IMG/VR virus record: IMGVR_UViG_3300020048_000054
Span: 32,001 to 96,000 of that record
Direction: 5' to 3' (one strand)
DNA: 64,000 bases
Source: a virus
The position numbers were made by a program, and so were the translations under genes. The notes beneath the pieces are model-generated. The model was not told the DNA's origin. It saw only the letters and a list, made by a program, of their open reading frames with translations, and made no database searches. Shown one piece after another: positions 20,761 through 31,800 of this stretch. Numbering within the stretch: the first letter of the stretch is position 1; each line of letters opens with the position of its first letter.

Positions 20761-22497
20761 TTATAATAAGAATGAAATCTTGGTTGAAGGTTCTGAGCCG
20801 GTAGTAGTATCGAATACTATATTACTATTTAGTGTTTTTGTGGTAACATATTCAATTTTATTTACCTTATAATCGGGACTGGATATGCCATCTAGTGCAA
20901 CTACTGTATAATTTACTGCATTTATAGAAATAAATGCAGCATTGGTTAATTCATCAAATAGTAGTTCATCTACTCCAGCAATTTCTATATCTGTTCCGAG
21001 TAAATCTAAACTTTCCTCATCATATACCTCTGTTATTGACACAACATTAGATTCATAGTCACTGGAAGTTGCAGTAGCTTGATTCTCGGATATTACAACT
21101 GTAGTTGTTTTAGTATCAACAAATACCTTACCGGGAGATATAACAGGAGCGGGTACTGCACCGGGTGCAGGCTCTACTCGTATCTTTGTAGTCATTCTTC
21201 CATTTATAGTTTGATTTGGTTGAGTATTAAGAAGTGGATTTACATTGTCGGTAGTAGTAATATTTTTTACTATTCCAACCTTGGCAAATGAAGTTTGATT
21301 TGTTCCAATGGTATCCAATGTAGATTTAGTTAATTGTTTAATTACTAACACTTTTGGTGCTGGTAGGAAAGATGAAGGATCTGCTATATCTGGTATTAAA
21401 ACCGTCTTCAAAGCATTTCTTAAATTGGTATTGACTGCAGCTGGTATATTAAAGATGGGATTCACATAGTTAGAACCAGATGCTCTAAGGGTAACACCAT
21501 TTGCAATAAATGCATTTCTTCGTATATCAAAATAGGTTGTGATGTTCGCAAGAGCACCAATGCCCAATGGATCTAGAATGGTTATTTCAGCAGTCGGAGT
21601 TGGAAGTACTCTATCTTCTATAGAAAGAGAAGAGACATCCAGATGAAGATAAACAATACCTTTATTTAAATTCTGAGCATAGATGTAATTGTTATATTGA
21701 ATAAAGTACTTGTTATTTGTATCTAAATCTCCAGCGTAAAATTTAGTGGTTAATTCATCTATTGGATTTTTTACTACAACTGAAGAAGACGATAAGTAAT
21801 CTACATGCACAGATTTATACCCAAGCGAATCTCCAACAGAATGGCAATACGAACATATCCAATCTGATGAACCAATTCCAGAAACTAAATCGCCTTTAGA
21901 GCGTACAGTTGCTGTTAATGGATCAATGGTGTCTTCGTTATAGTAGAAAAAACAAGAACCAGATATACCTGCTCCACCAGAACATACTGAATTATACCTT
22001 GAAGCATAAGAGCCAGATGTTGTCTGTGTGGTGAATTCGTATAAGTTATTAACTGGTAGAGTGCTCTCGGTTAAAAACTTACTCAAAGAAAAATCAATCT
22101 TATATAAAGCCATCCAAACATAACCGTCAGAGTATGCCTGTATTCCAGTATAATGTGATGGTTGTTGGGTGGATAGAAATTGAGCTTCTCCAAGTAACCC
22201 TATTGGTTGATTTTTTCCAACACACAAATATACTAAATCAGTTGTGCTGTTGTAACAATATGTGTTTTCTCCCGATGAATTAAAATAATACGGTTCAAAT
22301 TGTCGATTATAAGACCAATTTACTCGTGGAATTACTATAGAAACCTCATCTTGGGTAATTCTACTTATGAGGGAAATGTCAGTATCATCTACCGAATCAC
22401 TTGCGTTAGAAACACCACCCATAAATACAAAAAAATTAGTCATTTCTTTTTTCGTGGCTGCAGCTGTATATGATTTTATTTGATTTTTTGTAGTCAT
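20761..22497 (-). CDS. gp8: Baseplate wedge subunit (gp8-like)
   Basis: VIPRVNW, VYLC and SDGYVW..LY motifs; downstream of gp7. Confidence 0.75.
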   Translation of the reverse strand: MTTKNQIKSYTAAATKKEMTNFFVFMGGVSNASDSVDDTDISLISRITQDEVSIVIPRVNWSYNRQFEPYYFNSSGENTYCYNSTTDLVYLCVGKNQPIGLLGEAQFLSTQQPSHYTGIQAYSDGYVWMALYKIDFSLSKFLTESTLPVNNLYEFTTQTTSGSYASRYNSVCSGGAGISGSCFFYYNEDTIDPLTATVRSKGDLVSGIGSSDWICSYCHSVGDSLGYKSVHVDYLSSSSVVVKNPIDELTTKFYAGDLDTNNKYFIQYNNYIYAQNLNKGIVYLHLDVSSLSIEDRVLPTPTAEITILDPLGIGALANITTYFDIRRNAFIANGVTLRASGSNYVNPIFNIPAAVNTNLRNALKTVLIPDIADPSSFLPAPKVLVIKQLTKSTLDTIGTNQTSFAKVGIVKNITTTDNVNPLLNTQPNQTINGRMTTKIRVEPAPGAVPAPVISPGKVFVDTKTTTVVISENQATATSSDYESNVVSITEVYDEESLDLLGTDIEIAGVDELLFDELTNAAFISINAVNYTVVALDGISSPDYKVNKIEYVTTKTLNSNIVFDTTTGSEPSTKISFLL

Positions 22498-22576
22498 TGT
22501 AGTGTTTACCGATAATAATTAATACACGGTTAAATATGTAGATACTTTATTGTGTGGTTTATATACCATTTAAATT

Positions 22577-25500
22577 TTATGCTGATCCAAAAATAAACGG
22601 AAGATTATAATTGTATGTCTCGTATGTCCCATTTACATAAGATCCTACTTTTTTCATTGTATCGATGTTAGCAGTGTAGCCAGCTGGTAATTGATAAGTG
22701 ATGCCATTAGGACCTTGTCTGTTGGTAGGAAAACAAGGACCAACAAATGGATCAAAAACAAAACCATCATAATCAACAGATCTGGCAGAAATCACATCAA
22801 TAGTCCCATTAGATCTAATTCCAATAACAGTGTCAGCAAAAGCATGAATCCATGCAAAGTGATTTTCTAGTTTTTGTTCGTCTGCAATACCCATTACAGT
22901 TATTGTTGCATTCATATCATAATCGTTAACAGGAACACCAGCAGGATTAACAGGTAATTTACCAAAAGCATCCTTATAACCAATAGTTTTTACAATATGG
23001 TTATTATTTATATAATTACTTTCGTATAACAAATGTGCAGGTGCCTGAAGGTCACTAGCAGTATTTCCAAAATACTCGAATGGGGAAAAGCTGTATATAT
23101 CTCCCGTGTTGCCAGGATTTTCTTTTGGTATGTTATATTCTGGATGATAAAATCCATTAAGTTTTATAGGATTTCCCCAACCCATCTGAGTTCCTACTAT
23201 ATGCGCTGAAGGTGGTACATAATGTATATTATCATCAAACATACCAATATTGTCAATAAATCCAGGAACCAGTTTTGGAATGAAAAATCCTGCATATGTA
23301 TTTCCAGATGTAGTTGAAACTAATCCACCAGTTGCACCAAACTTAAACCTTGCGCTTGAAGCAAATCCATAATTGCCATTAAATAATGGGCTATTTCCAT
23401 ATAGACTATAATTCCATTTTGCAGCAGTTAATCCGAAGTCTCCAAGTAAATTTATTTTATTTTTTACAAGCTGAGCACCAATAGATAAGTTTTCACTACT
23501 AGCAGTAACTGCATGAGCAGCACTAAATCCACAAGGAAGTAAAGTTTCATTTGCAGATATTGGAGTCCAATTACCATTGTTTCCTAGTATAGAGATTGTT
23601 CCACTTCCCAGTGCGCCGCCTGATATTTCAGTGTTAGGAAGACCTTTAAAGAATCTAAGAATAGAAACACATCTGGGCGGAACATACATCAATTCCCGCA
23701 CACCATCTACTACTATAGTTACACCAAAAATTACATCATATAATTCTTTATCAAAATCTATATTAGCACTGTACGACCAAGTACCAGAAACTGAATTATA
23801 TACTGCAGAATATCTTTGTATCTTTTTTAACTTATCTCTCAAATATGGCACAGAAGAATTATAATCCATAAATTTTACCACTTCACACATCTGAGTTGGG
23901 TGTGCAAAATTATCAACATTGGTTGGTAGATATCCAGTGTAATTAGGATCTACACATACAGCAACTCCTCCACTTTGATAACCACCACGCACATTAATAA
24001 CCGGAAATCTTCTTCCGGCTGAAGGTCCGGTTAAAACTTTTGGTATTAAATTCAATGCATATGCCACTTCTTTACACATACCGTTTGTAACAGGTACTCC
24101 AGTATTAAAAAGACCATTCCATATGTATTTTTGTTTAAATTCATCACCCCCCAAACTAAGTTTTCTGTTTACACCATCGGAGTTTGGAACGATTGCAGAA
24201 TCCCTTGCGCCAATTGTACCAAAAAGAGGATGTCGGTTTTTAGTGCCTGTTGTGAACTTTTGTCTTGGTACTGCAGAACTACCATCTACAATATCGACAG
24301 CACCATACAAACTAACTCCATATAGTTTTCCGGATTTATGTAAACACCAAACAATTATGTCTTCACTTGGAGATAATAATCCACCGGAAGCAGCAATGTC
24401 AACAAAATCTTTATTCTCAATAAAGACTGCTTCTCCGGAATCGTCAGTAAGAAATCCATCACCAACATAATTTGCATCAAAATATACTAAACGCTTTAAA
24501 TAGATATTTCCAGGACTATCGGCTCGTGAAGCAATTGACTCTGCACTAAAATCAGAAGAAAACAATATACTAACCGAACCAGTCGTGCTTAGCATTACTA
24601 ATGTTTGATCATTACTTTGATCTATTGATTTATATTGAATCGGACTAGCAATATTAAATATTTCTCGCACATTTCCTAGAGTTGGATGTGTAGTATCAAT
24701 GTCATTTTGTGTTGGTGTATTTAGAATAAGTTTATAAATGGAAGCTGTAGGACTGTCTGGATCATTATTATATGCTGTTCTTGGTACACTAATTTTTCTT
24801 TCACTACTTGTTATAAAAGTACCACCAATATATCCAGCTGCTATTGAATATTCATTAGATCCCTTAACTTCGTTTGTTCCAAAATCAAACCATTGATATT
24901 TTTTAATGTTTGATTTTTGAATTCTGAAAGAAGTTCCCCCTCGTCTTTGGGTATCTCCAACATCATAGTATGAATTCAAAGGACCTGCTTCCACAGTTGG
25001 TGAAGTTTGAATCCAATTACTAACATACTTAGCCAGGCTTATACCTCTTAGGCCAAGGGAATTGTCTGCGAGGATTGTTGTTAAGTATTCATTAGCTCCA
25101 GACTTATCTGTCCCTTTGCCGGCAGCTCCTCCCAAAAAAGGAAACGATTCTAAATTACTATTCCAGCTTGATATATCCGAAGAAAGAGCTTCAATTTCGA
25201 ATAAATTTCCAAACGCAGTAAATCCATTAGAACTAGAAACATAAGGAAATTCTGGATATCTTGAATCTATTGCATTAATATTTTCATTTCGTTCAATCAT
25301 AAATCCGTATGTATCCTGATCCGTGAATCTCAACAGATTAAGATCAGATTGATATGCAGTCATTCCTACCGGATTATTCACGCCAGGAGAACAAAACGCA
25401 CATCCACCACTATTGCAGGATGCGTATAAAATATTTGGACTTATTCCATTTGTCGAATCTAGCTCATAAAAACTTCCAATCTTCATATGAGCCAGACTAG

Positions 25501-26671
25501 AACTAATTACATCAGTACTAACATCTGGATCCCACGACGGAACTTTATGTTGGGGAACTGCAACAGCAACTCCGTATGGATCACACTCGTGTGTGCAGCA
25601 ATAGCATGAATAATTTTTCGAAGCATCGCACGCATCGCTAAAATCAAATTGATTATAAAACGCAGAATTTAAAACATCAGATGCTGGATTTGCCGAAAAA
25701 GTAATTCCCGGATTCATTAATAAATATCTTCCAATCACAGGCAATTCTGAAGCTTCACTAGTAATAACACCATCTCCGTTGTTATCCACTCCAGTGTCAG
25801 TGTCAACTAATGGAATATATTGCTCAAAGAATCCTAACATACCTGCAGGATGTGCTCCTGCTAATAATGTGTCTTTGTATGTTATATCACCAGTATTTGG
25901 TGCATCTGATGTTAAAAGATATGAGTATTCTTGCCAGAAATAATCATCAGGCAGAACTGCTTCATTTAATGCGGCACCAAATAGATTGGGGCGACTTTCT
26001 ATATTATAACCAACACCCCCGGCAATAATACCAGCGGCATCAACCGGAGCATCCGGATCAAATCCAAATGGTAGATCAATTATTCCAGTTTCTCCAGAAA
26101 TATTCCAAGATATATCAATATACTTACCACCATTCATTCTCATTAAGTATTTTTTAGGATAATCAATAGTAACATTTGACACATTAAACAGAATTTTTAA
26201 CAAATAGCGATATGAATTTTCTGTACCTTTACTAATTAAGAAGTCTGTCTTAATAGAACGCAAAAACTTTCTAAGATTTTGTCTATCTTCTGGGCTAATT
26301 GCAGCGGGGGTAATAAATGGAGCGTATACTTTTACATACTCATCTAGAAATATATCCGGAACCGAATCAATATTTAATAATTCTTCTATATCATATGGAG
26401 TTAGATTTATGTCTTCTTTTTTAAATCCACAATACATCCAATTGTAATATGCTTGTAAAAATGATACTAAATACTGCTCACCAATATTTGATCCATAATT
26501 TTGATTTATCCAAAATGGAAGTTGACTCTGTATGTCAAGCGGAGAAGTGCAATATGATTCTCCTACAGTTTCTGTTGGTAACCCCTGAAGAAGCTTTAAA
26601 AAAGGAACAACTGACTGATTGACTTCTTCAGTTGGTGCAGTTTGAGGTTGTTTTATAAACGGTAATAGCAT
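22577..26671 (-). CDS. gp7: Baseplate wedge initiator (gp7-like) with long C-terminal extension
   Basis: IQSQLP, FLQAYY.W, SKGTENSY.YL..ILF, WQEYSY and HPAG motifs; follows gp6. Confidence 0.7.
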   Translation of the reverse strand: MLLPFIKQPQTAPTEEVNQSVVPFLKLLQGLPTETVGESYCTSPLDIQSQLPFWINQNYGSNIGEQYLVSFLQAYYNWMYCGFKKEDINLTPYDIEELLNIDSVPDIFLDEYVKVYAPFITPAAISPEDRQNLRKFLRSIKTDFLISKGTENSYRYLLKILFNVSNVTIDYPKKYLMRMNGGKYIDISWNISGETGIIDLPFGFDPDAPVDAAGIIAGGVGYNIESRPNLFGAALNEAVLPDDYFWQEYSYLLTSDAPNTGDITYKDTLLAGAHPAGMLGFFEQYIPLVDTDTGVDNNGDGVITSEASELPVIGRYLLMNPGITFSANPASDVLNSAFYNQFDFSDACDASKNYSCYCCTHECDPYGVAVAVPQHKVPSWDPDVSTDVISSSLAHMKIGSFYELDSTNGISPNILYASCNSGGCAFCSPGVNNPVGMTAYQSDLNLLRFTDQDTYGFMIERNENINAIDSRYPEFPYVSSSNGFTAFGNLFEIEALSSDISSWNSNLESFPFLGGAAGKGTDKSGANEYLTTILADNSLGLRGISLAKYVSNWIQTSPTVEAGPLNSYYDVGDTQRRGGTSFRIQKSNIKKYQWFDFGTNEVKGSNEYSIAAGYIGGTFITSSERKISVPRTAYNNDPDSPTASIYKLILNTPTQNDIDTTHPTLGNVREIFNIASPIQYKSIDQSNDQTLVMLSTTGSVSILFSSDFSAESIASRADSPGNIYLKRLVYFDANYVGDGFLTDDSGEAVFIENKDFVDIAASGGLLSPSEDIIVWCLHKSGKLYGVSLYGAVDIVDGSSAVPRQKFTTGTKNRHPLFGTIGARDSAIVPNSDGVNRKLSLGGDEFKQKYIWNGLFNTGVPVTNGMCKEVAYALNLIPKVLTGPSAGRRFPVINVRGGYQSGGVAVCVDPNYTGYLPTNVDNFAHPTQMCEVVKFMDYNSSVPYLRDKLKKIQRYSAVYNSVSGTWSYSANIDFDKELYDVIFGVTIVVDGVRELMYVPPRCVSILRFFKGLPNTEISGGALGSGTISILGNNGNWTPISANETLLPCGFSAAHAVTASSENLSIGAQLVKNKINLLGDFGLTAAKWNYSLYGNSPLFNGNYGFASSARFKFGATGGLVSTTSGNTYAGFFIPKLVPGFIDNIGMFDDNIHYVPPSAHIVGTQMGWGNPIKLNGFYHPEYNIPKENPGNTGDIYSFSPFEYFGNTASDLQAPAHLLYESNYINNNHIVKTIGYKDAFGKLPVNPAGVPVNDYDMNATITVMGIADEQKLENHFAWIHAFADTVIGIRSNGTIDVISARSVDYDGFVFDPFVGPCFPTNRQGPNGITYQLPAGYTANIDTMKKVGSYVNGTYETYNYNLPFIFGSA

Positions 26672-28434
26672 TATATGGATATTGGTTTTGTTGTGGTAAT
26701 ATCGAGACTTAGATAAATTTCATCTTTTGCTTCTATTTTCCCAGGATTAAGTGGATTTACGTTTAAAGTAAATACTTCTGATGTTATATTTGGAATTAAT
26801 GTAACTACACCTGTCTTATAATTTATATCTCCAACAATAGCATCTAAATCTAAATATTCTCCATCAGAATTTATTGTGTATAATTTTAGTTTACCAATTA
26901 GTGGTGGATTCGCTGCTCCCGGAAATTTAATTGGTTTATCTCGAATACTAACTAAACCTTGTGTGTAATATGGGCTAGTAAATTCAGAAGAAAATAATCC
27001 AGTACCATTAGAATTTGTAGTGGGTCCTTGTGTAATTCTATTTTTTAAATTTATAGTAGATATAACGGTAGATGGAGCTACCAATACAACTAACTTTAAG
27101 TCATTCTCGATATCTGTATTCAAACTGTATCCAGGAAATGACTCAACCACTGTCTTTATTGCCGAAGTTGTTAAAGAATTATTATATCCACCGGTTGAAT
27201 ATGCTTCTTTAAGTTTAGATTTTATCAATTCAACTGTTGTTACTGGATCGGAAACTACAGTGTCTTTATTGAAGTTTACATTTAATTTTAAAGATACAAC
27301 CACCGCTCTTGGTGGAATATATTCTGGCAATACGGTTATAATAGATCTCTCTTTAATTAAAGATATAATATTTTGAATTTCGGTATTATCGTCTGTTCCT
27401 ATTGCTGCAATTGAAAATAATACTCTTCCATACATTGGAGGAGAATTATCTTCACCACCCCAAACATTAACATTGTCGGAATAGCCTAGCTGAGCAAGAA
27501 ATCCATAATAATCAGATTTAGTAACAAGTCTTTGTTGTGCAGAAAATACTAATGGTGCAACACGTTTAGCTTCATCTAAATCTGGAGCATCTAATCCACC
27601 AAATGATGGTTGATTATTTACTATAATACTAGAATCAGGAGTTTGAATCGGAGTAAATATTGATGTTCCATTAGCATTAGAACCATTAGATGAAAGATAT
27701 TCAATATTTACTATATCTCCTCCTATTAAGTTCGCAGTGTTGCTGGAAGTAGTCTGGAATTTGATAACAAAACCAGAAGAAGTTCTTTCTATTGAGTAAA
27801 GATTGGAAGAATCGCTTACAAAAGATCCACCATAAGTATCTAATAATTTCCAATAGACAAAATCAGCATTTTGTCTACTCACAGAAACTCTAAGAGTCTG
27901 TATATCCATATTTAAGTCTGCAATTAGAATTTTTTGATCTGGAAAATCAAAACCATCACCACCATAACTAAGTGACACATATGATCCTTCATACATCGAA
28001 AAATACTCAGTAGTATTAGGGACACCATCAAGTAATGAAATGCTGTCAATATTCCAAAACTGATAATCAACTCCTTCTGGAGTTTTACCACGAACACTCA
28101 CAGAGTATGGTATGGTTAATATATCAGGATCTGTAACATTCTGTAGCTGTATTCTAGTTCTTGCACTAGTCTTAGTTGGAACAACATACCCAAGTGGCTT
28201 TACTAATGAGATGATCGACTTTTCTAGCTGTGCAGAGTCTAAGAAGCATTCACCAGAGATCATATTGGCATAATGTGCATAATATAAAGTATTGTACGCC
28301 AAAAGATCTAAAAGAAAATTGACAGCGGATCCTTCAAAATTAAGATCTCTTACGGTATCTTGTTTCTGCAGATATGTGCGAAGAGATGTTCGTATTTGTT
28401 CAAAGTCGAGTTCTGTTAAATTTATTTGTGCCAT
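26671..28434 (-). CDS. gp6: Baseplate wedge subunit gp6
   Basis: ELDFEQIR..L, NFEGS..LLDLLAYNT, FLDSAQ, AQQRLVT..DY and WGGEDN.PP.YG motifs. Confidence 0.92.
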   Translation of the reverse strand: MAQINLTELDFEQIRTSLRTYLQKQDTVRDLNFEGSAVNFLLDLLAYNTLYYAHYANMISGECFLDSAQLEKSIISLVKPLGYVVPTKTSARTRIQLQNVTDPDILTIPYSVSVRGKTPEGVDYQFWNIDSISLLDGVPNTTEYFSMYEGSYVSLSYGGDGFDFPDQKILIADLNMDIQTLRVSVSRQNADFVYWKLLDTYGGSFVSDSSNLYSIERTSSGFVIKFQTTSSNTANLIGGDIVNIEYLSSNGSNANGTSIFTPIQTPDSSIIVNNQPSFGGLDAPDLDEAKRVAPLVFSAQQRLVTKSDYYGFLAQLGYSDNVNVWGGEDNSPPMYGRVLFSIAAIGTDDNTEIQNIISLIKERSIITVLPEYIPPRAVVVSLKLNVNFNKDTVVSDPVTTVELIKSKLKEAYSTGGYNNSLTTSAIKTVVESFPGYSLNTDIENDLKLVVLVAPSTVISTINLKNRITQGPTTNSNGTGLFSSEFTSPYYTQGLVSIRDKPIKFPGAANPPLIGKLKLYTINSDGEYLDLDAIVGDINYKTGVVTLIPNITSEVFTLNVNPLNPGKIEAKDEIYLSLDITTTKPISI

Positions 28435-28824
28435 TTATAGATTTACCGCTATTGATACGGTTTGTTCCTGTGCTTTTGTTGGTGAATTGTTCAAAATAAA
28501 TCTTATATTCACTCTGGCATCAGTATTTATCTCATTTAGAACTGGGTATTCTATTTCAACGTCTCTTATAGTTATTCTGGGTTCTAGAGTGCGTAATTTT
28601 TCTGCTACGTCACTCTGTAAAAACGACAAAGAAGCCGAAGATGGTTGATCAAACAATAAGTCCAATATACCAGTTCCAAAATAATAATTAAACGGTCTTT
28701 CACCCAATCTAGTCAGTATTATATTTTTAATTGACTGAATAATAGCTGCATTTCCGGTGGCGAGGGTTATGTCCCCCGTGTCTGTATTTTTAGTAAAGAA
28801 TATATTGAGATCTCTGTTTTTCAT
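28435..28824 (-). CDS. gp25: Baseplate wedge subunit gp25
   Basis: AIIQSIKNIILTRLGERPF..FG..LLF and LEPRI motifs. Confidence 0.9.
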   Translation of the reverse strand: MKNRDLNIFFTKNTDTGDITLATGNAAIIQSIKNIILTRLGERPFNYYFGTGILDLLFDQPSSASLSFLQSDVAEKLRTLEPRITIRDVEIEYPVLNEINTDARVNIRFILNNSPTKAQEQTVSIAVNL

Positions 28825-31800
28825 TGTTTGAATTTTCCGAATCGTCTATTATCTTCACTACGCGCCCGTTCTTGTGCGACTATTTGAGCAAGCGATGAAA
28901 CTCCACCATCATCCTTAGATGTATTTAGTTGTAATTCTTTGGATCTTATATCGGGGTTTGAAGATTCAGAGTCTCTAATTAATGTTATTGTCATTCGATG
29001 TCTAAGCATTCCCATATTATGATTAATTGCAGAAACCAACCAATAACCAGAATACCTCTTGCCTGGTACATTTATTCTAATTTTATTACCGGGTCGTAAA
29101 GTAAGATCGCCATTGACAGTTATCATAATTTTATTTGAAAGAATTTGCATCATTTGAGCATTTCGAAGAAGTGGTCTTTCTGGTGGTGTTTCCCAGAAAG
29201 AACAATATGTTTGAGAATACTTTAAGTAATTCAAGAAATTTTCACCCAAACAAGGACAGCTACAGTTTAAATTACTCTTTGGTTCTGCCCAAACACATCC
29301 TAACCAATCTTCTCCTAGAACTTTTTCAATAAGATCACATTCCTTAATATCTTTTTCTAGTTGAATTAATTCTTCATTTGTCGGTTCTGGTCCGGTAATC
29401 CCAACCAGCAGCTTATCCGGTCTAAGTTCCGGGCATGGGCAATTACATAGTGGGTTGGATGGAGGACATGATGAGTTATCCGGAGGAAATGGATTTGCAC
29501 AAGGATAATTAGAACTAAAACTCGTCCAACTATTCCATATTCAGTTTCTCCCGAAATATCATTTTTCCATACGGCTTTCTGTATTTCTGTTGATAGTAAT
29601 GCAGTTGGTACTGCTGGATGTTTCCAGGCAGATACTCCATAATAATAGCCAAAGAATGTAGTTTCATCTTCTGGTTTAATTCTAGCATTTCTATTCCGTA
29701 AATCTACCTCAAAGAATGCTCCCCATGAACCTGTTCTTTCAGCTCCAGGATCATACGACGCATAAGACTTAAAATATTCGGTGTCGATAGGAAGTGCCTG
29801 CACACCTACTGTTTGCACATACATAAAGACATTTCCGGGAATTAATAAATCGTAAATATCATTTCTTACTGTAGCATCAATAGAAGAACTAGATCCATCT
29901 CCGTAATAACCTGTGCTACTACTTGTAGAACTATATGGATTAGTTATCCAAGTTCCTTCGTACGATCCTCCTACGAAAGATGACTGACCAACTGCTCCAT
30001 ATGGTCTTACATTATTAAATTCAAAATATGAATTGGGTAATGCTAGTGGATTTATTCTAGTAGCTCTTTTTATTAAATCGTGATAAAATATTTCATTTAA
30101 AGTTCCAGGATTAAAAATTCTTTCGGAAAGATTAGGAGTGTATGTTCTTACATTTCCAACATTATCTTTTACTATTAAAGTTTGATCAGAATTCGCAATA
30201 GAAGTTTGGCTTAGATAAAATGTATTGTTGAGCGAAGTTCCCGTATTGATAGCTCCCAATACTCCATAATTAGATACTATATTATTGAAAATTACACCGT
30301 TTCGAACAGTGTTGGAAATTCTGGCATTTTCACCATACGATATTGGAGAATCTAATACTTGCTTTTGATCGTTTATATCGTTTGTTGAAGTAGAAGTCGC
30401 GTTTCTATCATAGGTGTTGATTCCTTTTAAATATCCAGCAGTAACCGTGTGATAATCTGTACTGTTTACTAGTGCTTTATTTTCTGGTTTTAGACTTTGT
30501 TTCTTTTTACGGATTCGTTTAACAGCAACGTCAAATCCATATGGATCTTGTCCTAGTACTGAGATATTATAATCTGCAGACTTTGCTCCGAATGGACCTG
30601 TAGTTAACATTACATGATATGGCAAATAGTATTCAGATCCCGGAGTATCATAGAATCCCTTTGGGAAATCGTATAAAGTATTTGCACCAATTGGTTGAAT
30701 AAACTCAATTCGAACAAAACTTTCAAGCTCTTCTAATACGTTCTCTATTGGACGTTTTGCTTCGTCACCTGCATCTGGTTCTTGAATGTTTGTAAAATTT
30801 CTAGAATTCAAATACTCAATCGGATTGAAATCAGGAATTCTCTCTAATCCGAATGGCTGAACAACACAAATACCAGTTGGTAATTGAGTACTATTTTTAT
30901 TGTCGCTGTATATCTCTGCAATATCACAAGTTATTGTGATGGTTGTTATATCTTCTCGATTATTACAATTTAAAGGATCTAAAGGTGGAGAAATTAAAGT
31001 TACAACTACTGTATTATTACCAATGTATTCAACATTGGTGCTAGAATATCTGTCTGATGTTAAATTGATACCAGAAACTTCATTAACTAATATATTTTTT
31101 ATTAATTTATTTTGTTCTAAATTTTCTACTAAAATATCTTTTTGTGTGAAATTTTTATTCTCTTCTATTGTTGTAATTTGTCTTCGAGGTTCACATGTAA
31201 AACTGGGGGGGATGTCAACGCCATCGGTGCCGAATTCGTCAACTCCGCCATCATTGCCGGGGCCGTTACCATCGATACCTGGATCATAAACTGCTATGTG
31301 TTGCAACGTATTTGTTACTCTTTTTACCTTTGCTTGGAATGCTATAAAGTATTCAAACACTCCTGTTGGATTTCCTGCTGCACCTGAGTCTGGCCCACCA
31401 GCTGGATCAAATGAAGAGAAGAAAGCATTGGCTCCAGCTCCTAAATCAAAATTATATCCAGAATCATAATATGGATGTTTAATTTTAGGATTTATAGATT
31501 TATCATTATCATAAAATATATCATAAGGGTAATACGAAGTCACACCAGCAGAAAACCCCTTAAAATTAGCAGTGACACCTGATAATCCCAAATTAGCAGT
31601 GGCACCTGATAATCCATATAGTAATTGTTTAAGAACTTCTTTGTGTGCTAATTTTTCATACTTACTACCACGAATAGGAATACGAGTAATGCTTTTAACA
31701 TTAAACAGATTCAATGGAGCAGAATTTGCAGTAAACCCTACTTCTTTAGAAACAAAGAATGCTTTTCTTTTTGTGTATTCTTCATATACAGTTGCAAACC

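Noticed and set aside
31563-31616. 27-bp in-frame duplication in the hub gene
   Set aside because: Real but minor (GLSGATANL/GLSGVTANF); it is covered by the G-x-T-G motif observation.
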